Below, piece after piece: positions 36,441 through 48,327 of a stretch of DNA of 64,000 bases. The stretch covers positions 2,377,929 to 2,441,928 of the forward strand of contig OU015570.1 in NCBI GenBank assembly GCA_907165135.1, in the 5' to 3' direction. How positions within the stretch are numbered: position 1 is the first letter of the stretch; every line of letters starts with the position of its first letter. Below the pieces are notes generated by a model, which worked only from the letters and a program-made list of their open reading frames with translations, made no database searches and was not told the DNA's origin. Both the position numbers and the translations under genes were made by a program. Source of the DNA: Oikopleura dioica (Eukaryota > Animalia > Chordata).

Positions 36441-38553
36441 ATGCTCGTTTGGTTGATCTTGGCGGCGAGCTTGAGCTCACAAGAGATGACAAGCGAAGAG
36501 CACCGACGATACTGCAGCCGCTTCGTTAATCACCAAGACCTGATTTGCCGGAAACACGCCCCAAAGCCCTCGTCAACTATTCCGCCAACGCTCGAGCCGC
36601 CGACGACCGAGCCTTCAACGCCCGAGCCGTCTCCACCACCACCACCAACGCTGGAGCCGTCTCCACCGCCAACTCCAGAGCCAAAGTCGTCCAAGGCCTC
36701 TTCTCCGTCCAAGCCGACTCCTCCAACTCCCGAGCCAACGTCAACGGTCAAGACAACATCCATGTCAACTTTGCCGGTCGAGACAACTTTTGCCGAGATC
36801 CCAACGAGCAGCAATCAAACGGACTCGCCAAGCCCTACGTCGCCGAGCTCTACGTCAACGAGCCCTGCGTCACCGAGCCCTACGTCGGGACGTACGTCAT
36901 CTGTCGAAAAAGGAAAAATTAATTTTCTCACGTGAGTACGCTAGGTGCTTTTTCTCACCAGGTACCCTGAGCGCGCGGGGTACCCTGGCGCGCATATGGC
37001 GCATTTAATTTTATTTTTTCATTTATTTTATTTTCCTTTTTGCACCCCGTGTGCGCCAGGGTACCCCATGCGCTCAAGGTACCTGGCGTCGCTAACCACC
37101 CCGTAGGCTCTTGTTAATTATCGGCCTCGCTTTCTCCTTTTTGGTGGTATTGATCGTTCTTGGAATGCATTGCCGGCTGGTGCGCTCACGGTACGAAACA
37201 ATTCCCATGGAAGAAGTCGATGCCGAAGGTGAGGACCCCTATGAGCTCAGAAGAGACTTTGAATATTTTGCAGCTCTTGATGCAGAGAGGACAAACAGAG
37301 CCACCAACCGTCGAGCGGAAGAAGAGGAAATTGCTGCAACACGTGCTGCTGCAGAAAATGCCGCTGCTGCTGCCGCTGCTTCAAACCAGCCAGGAACCTC
37401 CGCGGCGACCTCGTCAGAAAATCAGCCAACCACGTCAACGACCTCGCCAGGAATCTCCTCGGCGACCTCGTCAACGACCTTGTCAGGAAATCCGCCGACA
37501 AATTCTCCACAGCTGTCCGAAGAGTCCTTTTCAATCGAGACCGAAATTTCAAATTTCGAGAGCTCGCGAACGCCGCCCGAAAATCGAAGCTCTGCGCTCC
37601 AAGCGGTAAGTTTTTACGAAAATTACAATTATTGATTTTTAACTCTTATTTCAGAAAACGCCGCAACAAACAATGGAGCAATATCTCGCCAGCCTTCCGC
37701 CCGATGTTGTCGAGCACATTGACAAGTACGAGTCCCTCAAAGCCCGATTTGATGTCCAGTCGCCGATTACAAAGAAGCTGGCAAAGATTACGGTGCCGCT
37801 GAAAAAGCTGATGGATGCGCCGGCAAAATTTGGGATTTTGCGACGACAGCTCTTTGTGGAAACGCCGTTTTCAACGCCAGTCGCTTCGCCTGCTCCCTCG
37901 GCGACTCCGTCGGCGACTTCATCGCCAGAATTTGTCTCGGCACTTCAGTCGCCGATCGCATCGCCCGCTCGTCCAAATTTGTCGCTGCTCTCCGAGGAAG
38001 GAAACGACTACTGGAAGAACGAGTATTGGAGCAACTCGCCAGTCGCCAAGGTTTCACCGTTTAGCGTTGTCGAGCCAAAGCAGGAGCCGACGACGGAGCC
38101 AAAGCTGGAGACAAAGCTGGAGCCAAAGCTGGAGCCAGAGACGGAGCCAGAGACGGAGCCAACGACGGAGCCAAAGACGGAGCCAACGACGGAGCCAAAG
38201 ACGGAGCCAACGACGGTGCCAAAGACGGAGCCAGCGCACACTTACGCCGCCACCGAATACGAATACGACTGGCGATTCGGCTGGCAATATGATGATGGGC
38301 AATTTGTGCCGAAAAAGAAGAACCCAAAGTCGAAGGCGGCGTCTTTTACCGCGAAATGGAAAAGCTTTTGGATGAATTCGACGGGCCCAACGATCAAGAA
38401 TTCACCTTTATCGATGGGCTGGTTGCCTTTGGAAACTATATTTCGTAAGTTTTAGGCCTTTTGATTTTTACTCATTTTTGTCTAGAAAGCGAACTCAAGC
38501 TGCCACCACCGCCAACTCCTCCACCGCCTGATTGCTTCCAATTGTGCCTCTAA
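36441..38553 (+). CDS. type I membrane mucin-like glycoprotein (about 615 aa, 3 introns)
   Basis: Signal-like MLVWLILAASLSS; P/T/S-rich ectodomain; TM LLLIIGLAFSFLVVLIVLGMHC; long tail with TEPK repeats. Introns 36932-37106 and 37606-37654 are in frame. Confidence 0.75.
36958..37086. repeat. about 38-bp imperfect inverted repeat inside an intron
   Basis: CCAGGTACCCTGAGCGCGCGGGGTACCCTGGCGCGCAT versus the reverse complement of GTGTGCGCCAGGGTACCCCATGCGCTCAAGGTACCTGG, separated by an AT-rich loop. Confidence 0.85.
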
Positions 38554-38596
38554 AACTTTAAATTTTTTCAAATTTTCAAGGTGCCATTTTTAGTTT

Positions 38597-41433
38597 ATGA
38601 CATATGGATCGGAATATTGCCTTGACGCCGGAATCAATTCAACGTGGCCGCGAGCGACTCGTCCAGCGCCGACAACGACGACGAGAGCGACATCAATCAT
38701 GGGTTCAAGGCCACTCGGATGGTCTCAACGTCCCAATTACCCGGAGTCGGTCACGCCGTTCTTTGTTGCAAGCCGACCCAACTCCGCGTCCAGCAACACC
38801 AGCGCCCCCACGTATGCGGGAGTCGTCACCACTGGCTCGGCCCTTCCCACCTTTGTCCCTCTTGCCACCAGTCGAGTCAGATCAAGAAGCGTCGGCCCCG
38901 CCGCCGCCGCCGCCGCAAACAACAACGACAGCGCCAACAACGGCGCTGCCAACAACGCAGCCTCCAACAACGACGACGCCAACGGCCACTCCAACGGCCA
39001 CGCCAACGCCAACTCCACCAGCCACGCCGCCGATACGGGACCTGGTCAATCAAACGTCCGCACTTCTGGATCCCCACCAAAGACCAGCTACTCCATCAAC
39101 GACGGCGGTGACAAAGCGAATGAGCGAGCTGAACCCGTTCGGTCGCAAGAAGAGCCACTTCGAACGCCCATTGTCAACTCCACCGCCAGTCCTTCGCTTA
39201 CGGAGCCTAGCCCGGTCTCCTACGAGAGCGACAACGATTTCACCATTCTCGAGCGAGCCATCAACAGCGTCCTCGACTCCTCCAGCAACTCTGAACAAAC
39301 TGTCGTCGGAGCGGGCACTGACAACAGCCCGGGAACGAGCTCTCGAACGAGCTCTCGAACCAGCCCTGGAACCAGCCCTGGAACCAGCCCTGGAACCGAC
39401 AGCACCGCCAACGGCCACACCAACGGCAACGCCAACGGCAACGCCAACGGCAACGCCAACCTTTTCGACAATGCCGCCCCAATTTGCTCCCGAGTCGAAT
39501 TTGTCGATCCACCCGATTCAACTGGTGGCGGTATTTGTGGCGATTTTCGCACTTTATCAGATGCTCAAGGCGTTTTTCACGCGAAACCAGCAATAAGGTA
39601 AGCCATCGCAGTCAACAGATTTTTCAAGTGTATTCTAGTGCATCAGGGCTCATTCCAAAAGAGCTCTTTTACGCGAAAACTGTCCCCCGCAACACCTGGG
39701 TCGACTACTCGTCTTCGCTGGCGAGTCATGTGCGCGAAAACACGGGCATTTTTACTCGAATGCCGACTTCATTCAAGGGCGAATTTGGTTTCACCGTTCT
39801 CCCGCAAGTTTGGCCTCTTGTCGAAGCAGACGCACTCTTCAATCAACTGCTCGACGACATTCTCGTCTGCTGCCACCAGGAAAAGACGCTGACCTTGGAC
39901 AATGTGCACCAGCGATCGTTGCTCTCCAGCCACTTGCTCGATTCGATTCCGCACTCGAGCCGCTTTGGCGCATCCATTGCGTAAGTTTTTGCCGCTTTGC
40001 GTATACTAATCAGTGAATAGACTCGCGGAATTTTACTTGGCGGCGTGCGATTGCAAGTTCATTCCGAGGTCTTATTGGACGGGGCGAGAAGAGAATGGTG
40101 ATATGAGAGCCGTCAGCTACCTTGGGCGAAATATCTGCTCTTCAACAAACTCGCCACTCACCAACGACTCGACCGCAGCACCAGAGGACAGCGAATACTT
40201 GGTCGGTATGTTCTAATTCTAGCAAAGCAAAAACTCACAAAACGGTTTAGGTCTCGACGTTACAACCGAGCTGACATCGATTATGCAAAGCATTTGCATG
40301 GCGAGTTACTCGGAAGTCAAGTCGCGGCAAGCGTTTTCACCGACTGTGCATGAAATCGACTGGACGACTCTTCATCGCAGCGACGCATTCGCCCATCTGG
40401 TGACCGTTGCCAACATTGTCGACTACACGTACAAGGACCTGGCGCTTCCAATCCAAAATCGACTCGGCCGAAGATACCACGATTTGGAAACTCCGCGAGT
40501 CTTTGGAACATTTCTCCAGGTCGAACTGCCGAAGCTCGCCAAGGATCTTGCTCTGCTCAAGGGCTACTCCTTTCACCACAACTCGGAAAACGTCGCACTC
40601 TCGATGCTCGGAATTATTCGCCAATTTTTGGTGAAATTTGTCGAAAGCGAAGAGCAGCGACTCACCAAAGTGCTCTCCTTTACAGCGCTAGAAAAGGAGC
40701 TCGTCTTTCAGCCGTTGGAGAATCTGTCGCCCGAGCAGCAGCAATCCCGACGCGTTCTCCTCCGCACCCACAAGACCCTGCGCGGCACGTGCATCGCAAA
40801 TCACAGGTGAGTGAAGTTAGAATTATGAGTGACTCATAAAGCTATCTTCATTCATTAGGCACACAATGTTGGTACTGCTGGATCGACTCGCCAACTTTTA
40901 CGTCGTCTTTGCGCTGCAAGAAGATCCGATGCTCCGCCTTAAATCTGTCCTCAAGTACGACCACGTCATCAACCAAACGCTCATCACAAAGAGGCGATCG
41001 CAATTTCGATCCCTTTTGCAAACGCTGGGCATGGATGCAGCCGACTTTCCACTCTACTGCGAGACAAAAAAGCTCGACGGCACAGGTAAGCTTTTGCGCC
41101 CTTTGCGCTTTTTGCACTTTTGCACACTTTTTACCAAAAATTCTAGCGTTTGACATCAAGCCGCCAAGCCCGCTCAAGCGACGTTTTGATCCAAGCCGCC
41201 TCGTCGCTCCCAGCCGAAAACGAACCATCAGTTCCGTCTTTAGAAGCGTCGTCGGAGTTCCAACTCGTCGAGCCTCTGCACGTGCTTCATCCGTAGACAC
41301 CGCCGGGGCGTACGCCGCCACCGCCGCCGTCAGTACTGGCGCCACAGCTGCAAGCAGCGCCACCGGGGCGTACGCCACCGCCGCCTCAAATAAAAACGAC
41401 CCCTTTTCAGGTAAATCACCAAAAGCACAATAG
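38597..41433 (+). CDS. large multi-exon orphan protein (disordered N-terminus, helical globular core)
   Basis: Successive open exons at about 38600-39597, 39650-39980, 40020-40204, 40250-40806, 40859-41084 and 41147-41410, separated by about 40-60 nt GT-AG introns; two overlapping frames at the 5' end; end approximate. Confidence 0.6.
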
Positions 41434-42055
41434 ACAAATAATCAGATTTGTTTTTCTAACGCCCTTCTCACGATGAAGTGTCTTCAACCAAGCCATAGCA
41501 CCCAAGCAAGCCTGTCCTGCAGTTCAAGAATGCACGAACATTATATTAGAAAAGGATACACGTGTGAAACAAGTTCAATACGGCTAGGAATGTAAGGAAT
41601 GTGAGAGATATATGCGCGGCCCCTTTTTGGTCTTTTTCTGTGGCACCATTTTTTACACCTTTAAACTGCTTTTACTGGAACATTTGTACATTTTCACCCT
41701 TTTTCGCCTTTTTATGCTTTTCTCGTTATTTATGCTTTTCTCGTCATTTATGCTTTTTCGCCATTTATGCCCTTTTTCGCCATTTATGCCCTTTTTCGCC
41801 ATTTATGCTTTTCTTCGTTATTTATGCCCTGAATTCATTTAAAAGCAAAAATCCAAAAAATCTCAAAACCTCTTTTTAAACATGATTGAAACTGCCAATA
41901 AACATTGTAAATATTCATCTTAAACAATCGTTTTTATTTACAAAAGTTGAGCAGGTTTTGCGCACATTTAAAGCTAGTTTGGAAAAGCAGAGTTGCAGAA
42001 AAATGAAGGTTGAAGCAGGGTTAAAGAAGCAGAGTTGAAGCCAGGCAGGGTCGAG

Positions 42056-43024
42056 CTAGGAATGTATCCACGAGGGCGGAAACGTGTAAACGACAACTTG
42101 GTAAGCGAGCAGGCGATGAAGGCGCACATTCGAGTCTTGAAACACGTTGCGCCGCTGAAATGTGTTGATCAAGAGTTTGTTTTTGAAGGCGTCGGGTTCA
42201 AGTTCGTGCACAAGTTGATCAATGTCGGCGGGAGTTACAAGAAGTTCGGTGTCGTTTACTGAGCCCCAGGTGTTGGGGTATACAATCCTCACCTTGGGGC
42301 TCATTTCGTGCAAGTTTCCCTGTCGATCGCGCAATCTTCTAGAGCTTATGGTTGTGTAAAAGGCGTCGACTTGAACGCGCAGCAGCCCATTGAGATTGTG
42401 CGCAATTTTTCTCACCGTTTCTTGAATATCCCACGTGTTGAGCAAAGTGATGCTGTACCGATTGCACAGTTCGTAATGGCGTTTCCAGCGATCCCCAGCA
42501 AAGGACATTTTGTGATGGTCCCAATGATCTCCTAAAATTCTCTGTGAGCCATAATGTTGAAAATTTATACTAGCGTTTCAATTTTGCAAAGTTTAAAATT
42601 TGAATTTCTAGTTTTGGTGAAACCCATGTAAAACAGCTCGTCCGAACTTACGTATAAAGTAAATTGGCGCATATTGTAGCGGAGAATCTAGCGCATACAG
42701 GCACTCCTCTTCAATCGGCTCAAAATATTCTTCGGGGTCGGGATAAGCGCTTTCCATGTTGTTGTTGGGAATGAGCTCGTTGAGAAACTTGATGTCCGCC
42801 TTGGTTCCCTCGCCAAGATTGTCGCTTTCGCTTTGCCAGTTGATAATGTTTCTCGAGGCGGGATAATACCAATCGAGCTCTTCTGGCGACAACTCGTAAT
42901 CATTTTTCTCGTCTGCATCTACTGGATTGCGTGGAGGCCTCAACGGAACAGAGCGCCGATACCGACTTCTTTGGCGCCGAATGTACTCGACCGTTTCACT
43001 TAGACGCTCGCGAAAACCTCTCAT
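42056..43024 (-). CDS. Polinton protein downstream of pPolB (about 280 aa, one intron)
   Basis: ...PIYFI joins RDHWDHHKMSFAGDRWKRHY through a GTAAGT...TTTTAG intron (about 42533-42651); acceptor directly before the ATG. Confidence 0.6.
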
Positions 43025-43116
43025 TCTGCAAATAGATTTTTATGGCTACTTGTATTTTAGTTTTTATTTACGGCTACACAGTTGAAAAACGAATTGAAAA
43101 GAGCTTGAAAAGACAG

Positions 43117-46100
43117 CTAAATTAGAGATCCATTTGCACGCCTGAGGGGTCGAGTAGTGACCTTGTCCGGCATAATCAGTCGTTTTGTCAGTATTGGGTT
43201 AATGACCTTGCGCGTTGTTGTCACCGTCTCCATTCTGTCGCGCTTTCGATTCCACAAAAACTGGGCCACATCTCGCGTCACTCGCTGGTAATAATCGATT
43301 CCAAATACAGCACACAGAAACTCGTAAAACCTATAAATTAGTCGGTCTGTTGTGTGCGCGGCTACTTACGAAAGCTGAATCTTTGTCTTGCATCCCTTGG
43401 TCGACTTTTTCGTAATTTTGGGCTCCCGTACGGGCTGCGCAAAAGTGTGCAAAATCTCCAGCGTTCGATGCTCATTTCTTGGGTCGACAATTTGCTTCTC
43501 CAACTCGCAGGGCTCTTTTGGGCACAATGCATAACACTTGGGCGAAAGTGTTAGAAACCAGCCCGATTGGATCGATGCCTCTTCTTTCAGCAGCCCCGGC
43601 TCCTTTTGACTTTCCACCGATTCTCCAGCAAACCATTGTGGCTCGACAGCTTCCTCCCACATTTTCACCAAGTGTGGCTTGACACATTCTTTTAGCGTCG
43701 CTCTTGTTCGAGCATAGGCCAGCGAGTCTGTGTCGCAATAGCAAAATTTTACAGTTCCAGGAATCATGAAATCCTTGATAATGTCCTTGAACTGCAATAA
43801 ATGCAGCTTCGAGTTTTGATAAATGGCGACTTGGATATGAAGTGCCAAATTCTCAATAACGGTCGACTTGCGCATGACAACTTCATGAAGCGGGTCCATT
43901 GCCACATCCTCGACGCGAATCGGTTTATAAGCTTTGAACATTGAGCTTTCAAAGCACTCGCGGAGACGATCAGCACCGACAATTTTTGTATTTACAAAGC
44001 GATGATTTGCTTGCGCAAATTTTCCAACAAACGAGTTCAAAAAGAGCTTGTACATGTTTGAGCCGGCATCGTCGCCCTTTTCTCGCACTCGATTCGCTCC
44101 TTGACCATTTTGTTGACAAAGTTGGCAAAGGGCGCTCCTCGATAGTAGTTGACAAAGTACTTGATTTCATACTCGTAGCCTTGGTCAATCAAGTATGCCA
44201 GCATATCGCTTGTGCACAAGTAGTTTTCCTTGTTGTAGCAAAAGATGTTGTCTTCCTTGGGAAACATTCGCTTCTTGACATCTGGGGGAATGATGCGGTC
44301 AATGTGTCCTTGGCAGTCTCCAGCTTCGAGTTTTACTCGCGCAAAAATGGGCGGAATTTCGGGATGGCGATCATAAACTTCTTGCGTCGCCTTCAAATCA
44401 ACCATAATAAAGCCAAAGAATTGCGTCTTGTTGCCCTCGATGCGACGAGCAAAGGTTTCCCTAACGTCATTTTCGCCAACGACTTCGTCAAACAAAAACG
44501 GATAATCGGCACTGTAGAGCATCTCGGGACGTTTTCTCAAAATGATCGACTTTTCCTTGACCCATTCACAGTGGTACTTGATGCGCAACACGTGGTGAAA
44601 ATTTTGTGGGCCTTGGAGGCCTTGAACATGTTGCCCGTCTAGAGTAGGCTTTCCCCAGTCTTGCATCTTGTCTTGCTCGCGCAATGTGTCGACAATCGAA
44701 TGGATGCGCTCAATTTCTAGTTGGACAATTTCGGGCGTCGAAAGAACCTTGTTGACAAATTTGCCATTGACAGAAACTCGACGTGTTCTAGCGGATTTAT
44801 AGAGCACTTTTTTGCAGGAAAGAAGCGGACACGGATGAAAATGGCAGCCATTGTACTCGACAAGCAGCTTTTGAACAATGTGCTCGCCATCGCTGTTGGT
44901 GAAAATCTTTGAAAGTGTAGCAAAGCCGTCAATCGAATATCGCCCAATCTTTTTTTCGACAAAATTGTAGGCATGTTTGATGCGATCGCCCATAAAGTTT
45001 TTGTTCAAGTACTCGAGGTAGCGGATCGACTCGAGTGAGGGATTTTCCTTTTTGCGATAAAGTGGAGTCGCTCTAAAATTGTTGAAATTGCTCGTCTGTC
45101 GCTTGTACAGCATTCCGGCGCCAATTGGAAGCGGTTGACGAGCCATGTGTCCATACAAAGCATTGAAATCGTAAATTGTAAAGTCGCAAAAGGCTTCTCC
45201 ATTTGTAGATTGCCACAGCTCTTTGGGAAGATCGTCACTGGGCCCATTGAGATTAACTGCTCGGTGAACAGACTGACAGATGCCGCCTGTAAGATTTTCG
45301 CGCAAATCATTGTAAAAGCTTTCTGCCTCTTTGGGCGGCGAAATAATTGGCGGCAATTGTTCATCATAGTGCATAAATGCTGCAGTTTGGGCAAGCTGTG
45401 CAATTGAGAGTCCTCCATGTGCGCCAAGTCCAAAAACTTCGAGACACTTTTTCGAGTAGGCATCAATCGCCGCGGTCAGCAATCGCACGTCGTTTAAATT
45501 GTAGTTGACAAGGAATTGCACCATGTGCATGTTTTTGACGCTTTTCGCAATCTCATCCCAGAGGCCAAGACTTTCATTGTAGGCTTTGGGCGAAATGTGA
45601 AACATTTTTTTTCACCGCTTCATTTTCAGCATCGCACTCGTAGCAGTCGCCCTTCCATTCAAAATGCGAATAAATGTACTGGATCATTGTGGGAGGACAA
45701 TCTGGTGGCAAATCTTTGAGCGCAGGAGAATCGTACAGTCGCTCGAGACCAAGGTACTCGTCGAGTTTTTCGAAAAAGTTGAGCTGCGTCCACTCGCCCG
45801 ATTCAAACTTGCTCTTGATAATTGAATTCATTTCAAGCGCGTGATCTTTGCACGGAATGTAGAGCGAAGACGAAAACGCTGGATAGGGCGGCAATTGAGT
45901 TGTCTGATACATGGTTTCCATGTCTGTAAACAAGTCGTAGGGGAAAATGCCTTTGGAAAAGGCGGCAGGATCCAAGTTGAACGATCGAGCAAATTTTTCA
46001 AGAGAAATCGGCCCCACGTGGTTCATAAAATCCCGAAAACTTATTCCCGCACACTCGAGCATCATGTAGCCCCCGTCACGTTTGATTATATTGAGCTGAT

Positions 46101-48258
46101 TTGATTTCCTTCCAACAAAATCATACAGTACCGACGTGAGCAGCGGCATCAATATTCGCAAGTCGTAGCTTTCTCCATTCCAGGCGTAGCACTTGAGTTT
46201 GAAAAATTCTTTGAGGTAGTTGAGCTTTTTGCGAATGACGCCTTGCTCCTCGGGCGTAAATTGATCCTTGGCATCTTTGCTCAGCTGGTAAGAGTACATG
46301 TCGATCCCTTGCTGAAGACATGGAGGTAATTTTTCGGCCGCGCGCTGTCTCAGCTTGGACAAATACTTGACGAACTTGGCCGCCATAATTATGCCACTTT
46401 CGTAGTTGAGATCTTTTCTCAAAAACCATTCCTTTTCTCCGTCGCTAGTCATGCAAGCAATTGAGACTACATTGTGGAATTTGTGATTAGAGAGAAGCGG
46501 CTCCTTTTGGGGTTTTTGCCCTTTTGACTTTTTGGGCGTCGCAAATGCGGCGGCAGTGCTTGCATTGATCCATTGATTGAAACACAATTGTTGTCGACTT
46601 GCATTTCCTCGCCGCCGCCATTGTCCTCGCCGTCGTCATCGTCGCCATTGCCCTCGCTCTTGCCGTAGTCGTTGGTGTTTTCGTAGCCATAGATTGACGC
46701 AATTCGGCCAAGCGAGTCGCTCGACATGACCGATTCTATGTCGTAGGTTATGTAAAAGTTTGGACAAATTGCTCGTGTGGCAAATAACCATCTTTGACAA
46801 TTTCTTTTATAAAGTCGGTCACGTGGCGGCCGCGCACCGTTTGCGTGATAATTCGCCTCTGCTCTAGAGTGCACTTTTTGATGTGATCTTTCATTCGAGC
46901 GGGGCGATCGTTTGTATACGGACAGTTTTGGGTGGGGCAGCGCGGCATATCTTTCACTTCGGAACTTTGAAGCACTCGCACGCGGGTATTTTCGTCAAAT
47001 ACATTGGGCACAAGTCCACCCAAATTTCGTATCGGCTCGTCGTCGTCGTTTTCAATATCGGTGGCATCGCTGTCGTACTCGGGAAAAAGGTCAACGTCGT
47101 CGTCACCGTCAGAGTCGCACCGCTCGTCGACGTCGGTAAGGTCGCCATAGTCGGCACAGTTGTAGTCGTCTTCGTCTTGCATGGCAGCGGCACCAGCGGC
47201 GGCACCGCCAGTTCCAGCAGTGGCGATATAAGTCCCAGCAAAACCAGCCAATTCTCTCAAACTGTCAGGATACTTTTCGAGTCGACTTTTTCGCCAGTTG
47301 GGGTGAGCAGCAAGGCCAGGGTTTCTCCAGGGCTCGGCTTTAAGGCGCTTGTAGCTCACGTTGGCAAATTTTTCAAATTGGTCCAAAAAGTGTCACTTGT
47401 GTGCCCAGCGACGAGCAGATGCAGCTGCTTGTGACTTTTGAGCGGCATGGCGCCATAATAACAACGACGATCGCGCACATTATCGTTGACAACATTGCCA
47501 GTATAAAGCATAATGTTGACTCCAAAGCGAGATCTTATCCGGCCAAGAACACCATCGGAAATTGAAAACCGCTCATTTTCCGCCAACGTCAGCTCCTTTT
47601 TCACGTGCTCGATTTTCAAGTCCTGCTCTTCCCGGCTCAACTTTGGCCATTTACAGTTGACAATGGCTCTCCAAACAGAAATCCAATTTTTGTCAAAATC
47701 TTCTGCCACGCGGCGAGTTGGAATAAAATGAAACGTGCCCAAGCGATGGAAAAATGGCCTACTACTCTGCAAAACAACAAGCGGCCGATCGCGGTCAAGT
47801 TTTTCTAGCTCGCCAAGCACGTTTCGAATGCAACTAGGTCCAGACGTTCTGTAGGGCCTATATGAAATTCCCAGGGGCGCATAACGTCCCCCATACAAAA
47901 TGTAGAGATCAATTCCGAGTCGCTCTTCAATACGAGGAAAATCGCTGCGTTTTGGAGTGCCAAACTCGGCAACCAAATCATCAACATTGACATCCACAAT
48001 TTTATCCCACAAGGCGCGCGAAATTGTTTTTGGCTGCTTACCTCCAGACAGACGGTGCCAATTTATTCCCAGCTTGACTGCGTGGTAAAAGTTGGTCTTG
48101 CAGCCTCCATCATCATCATCGGAATCAGAGGAATCATCGGATGTTCTTGAACGAAATCTCTCGCCTTGACGATTCGAATACAAAAAGCGATTACGGCGCT
48201 TGCGAGCACCTTCAGATTCATGCTTTTCACGATTTATTAAAAATCTTGAAACTTTCAT
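43117..48258 (-). CDS. polB: protein-primed family B DNA polymerase (about 1,700 aa if repaired; 5 homopolymer frameshifts, 1 intron)
   Basis: ExoI ITYDIES; ExoII WNGESYDL; ExoIII YNLNDV; motif A YDFNALYG; motif B KLFLNSFVGKF; motif C YCDTDS; LSPKCY; EYNGCHFHPC insert; intron 43331-43369 gives the C-terminus KRLIMPDKVTTRP. Confidence 0.95.
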
Positions 48259-48327
48259 TTTTCAATAATTGAATAAAAAGACTTTTTTTCAATAAAACAA
48301 CATTTATTAGAATATACACATGCATAA

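Noticed and set aside
27392-39593. Many long antisense and alternative-frame ORFs in the ORF track over the accessory block
   Set aside because: They are shadows of GC-rich low-complexity coding repeats; only frames joined by consistent splice sites were kept.
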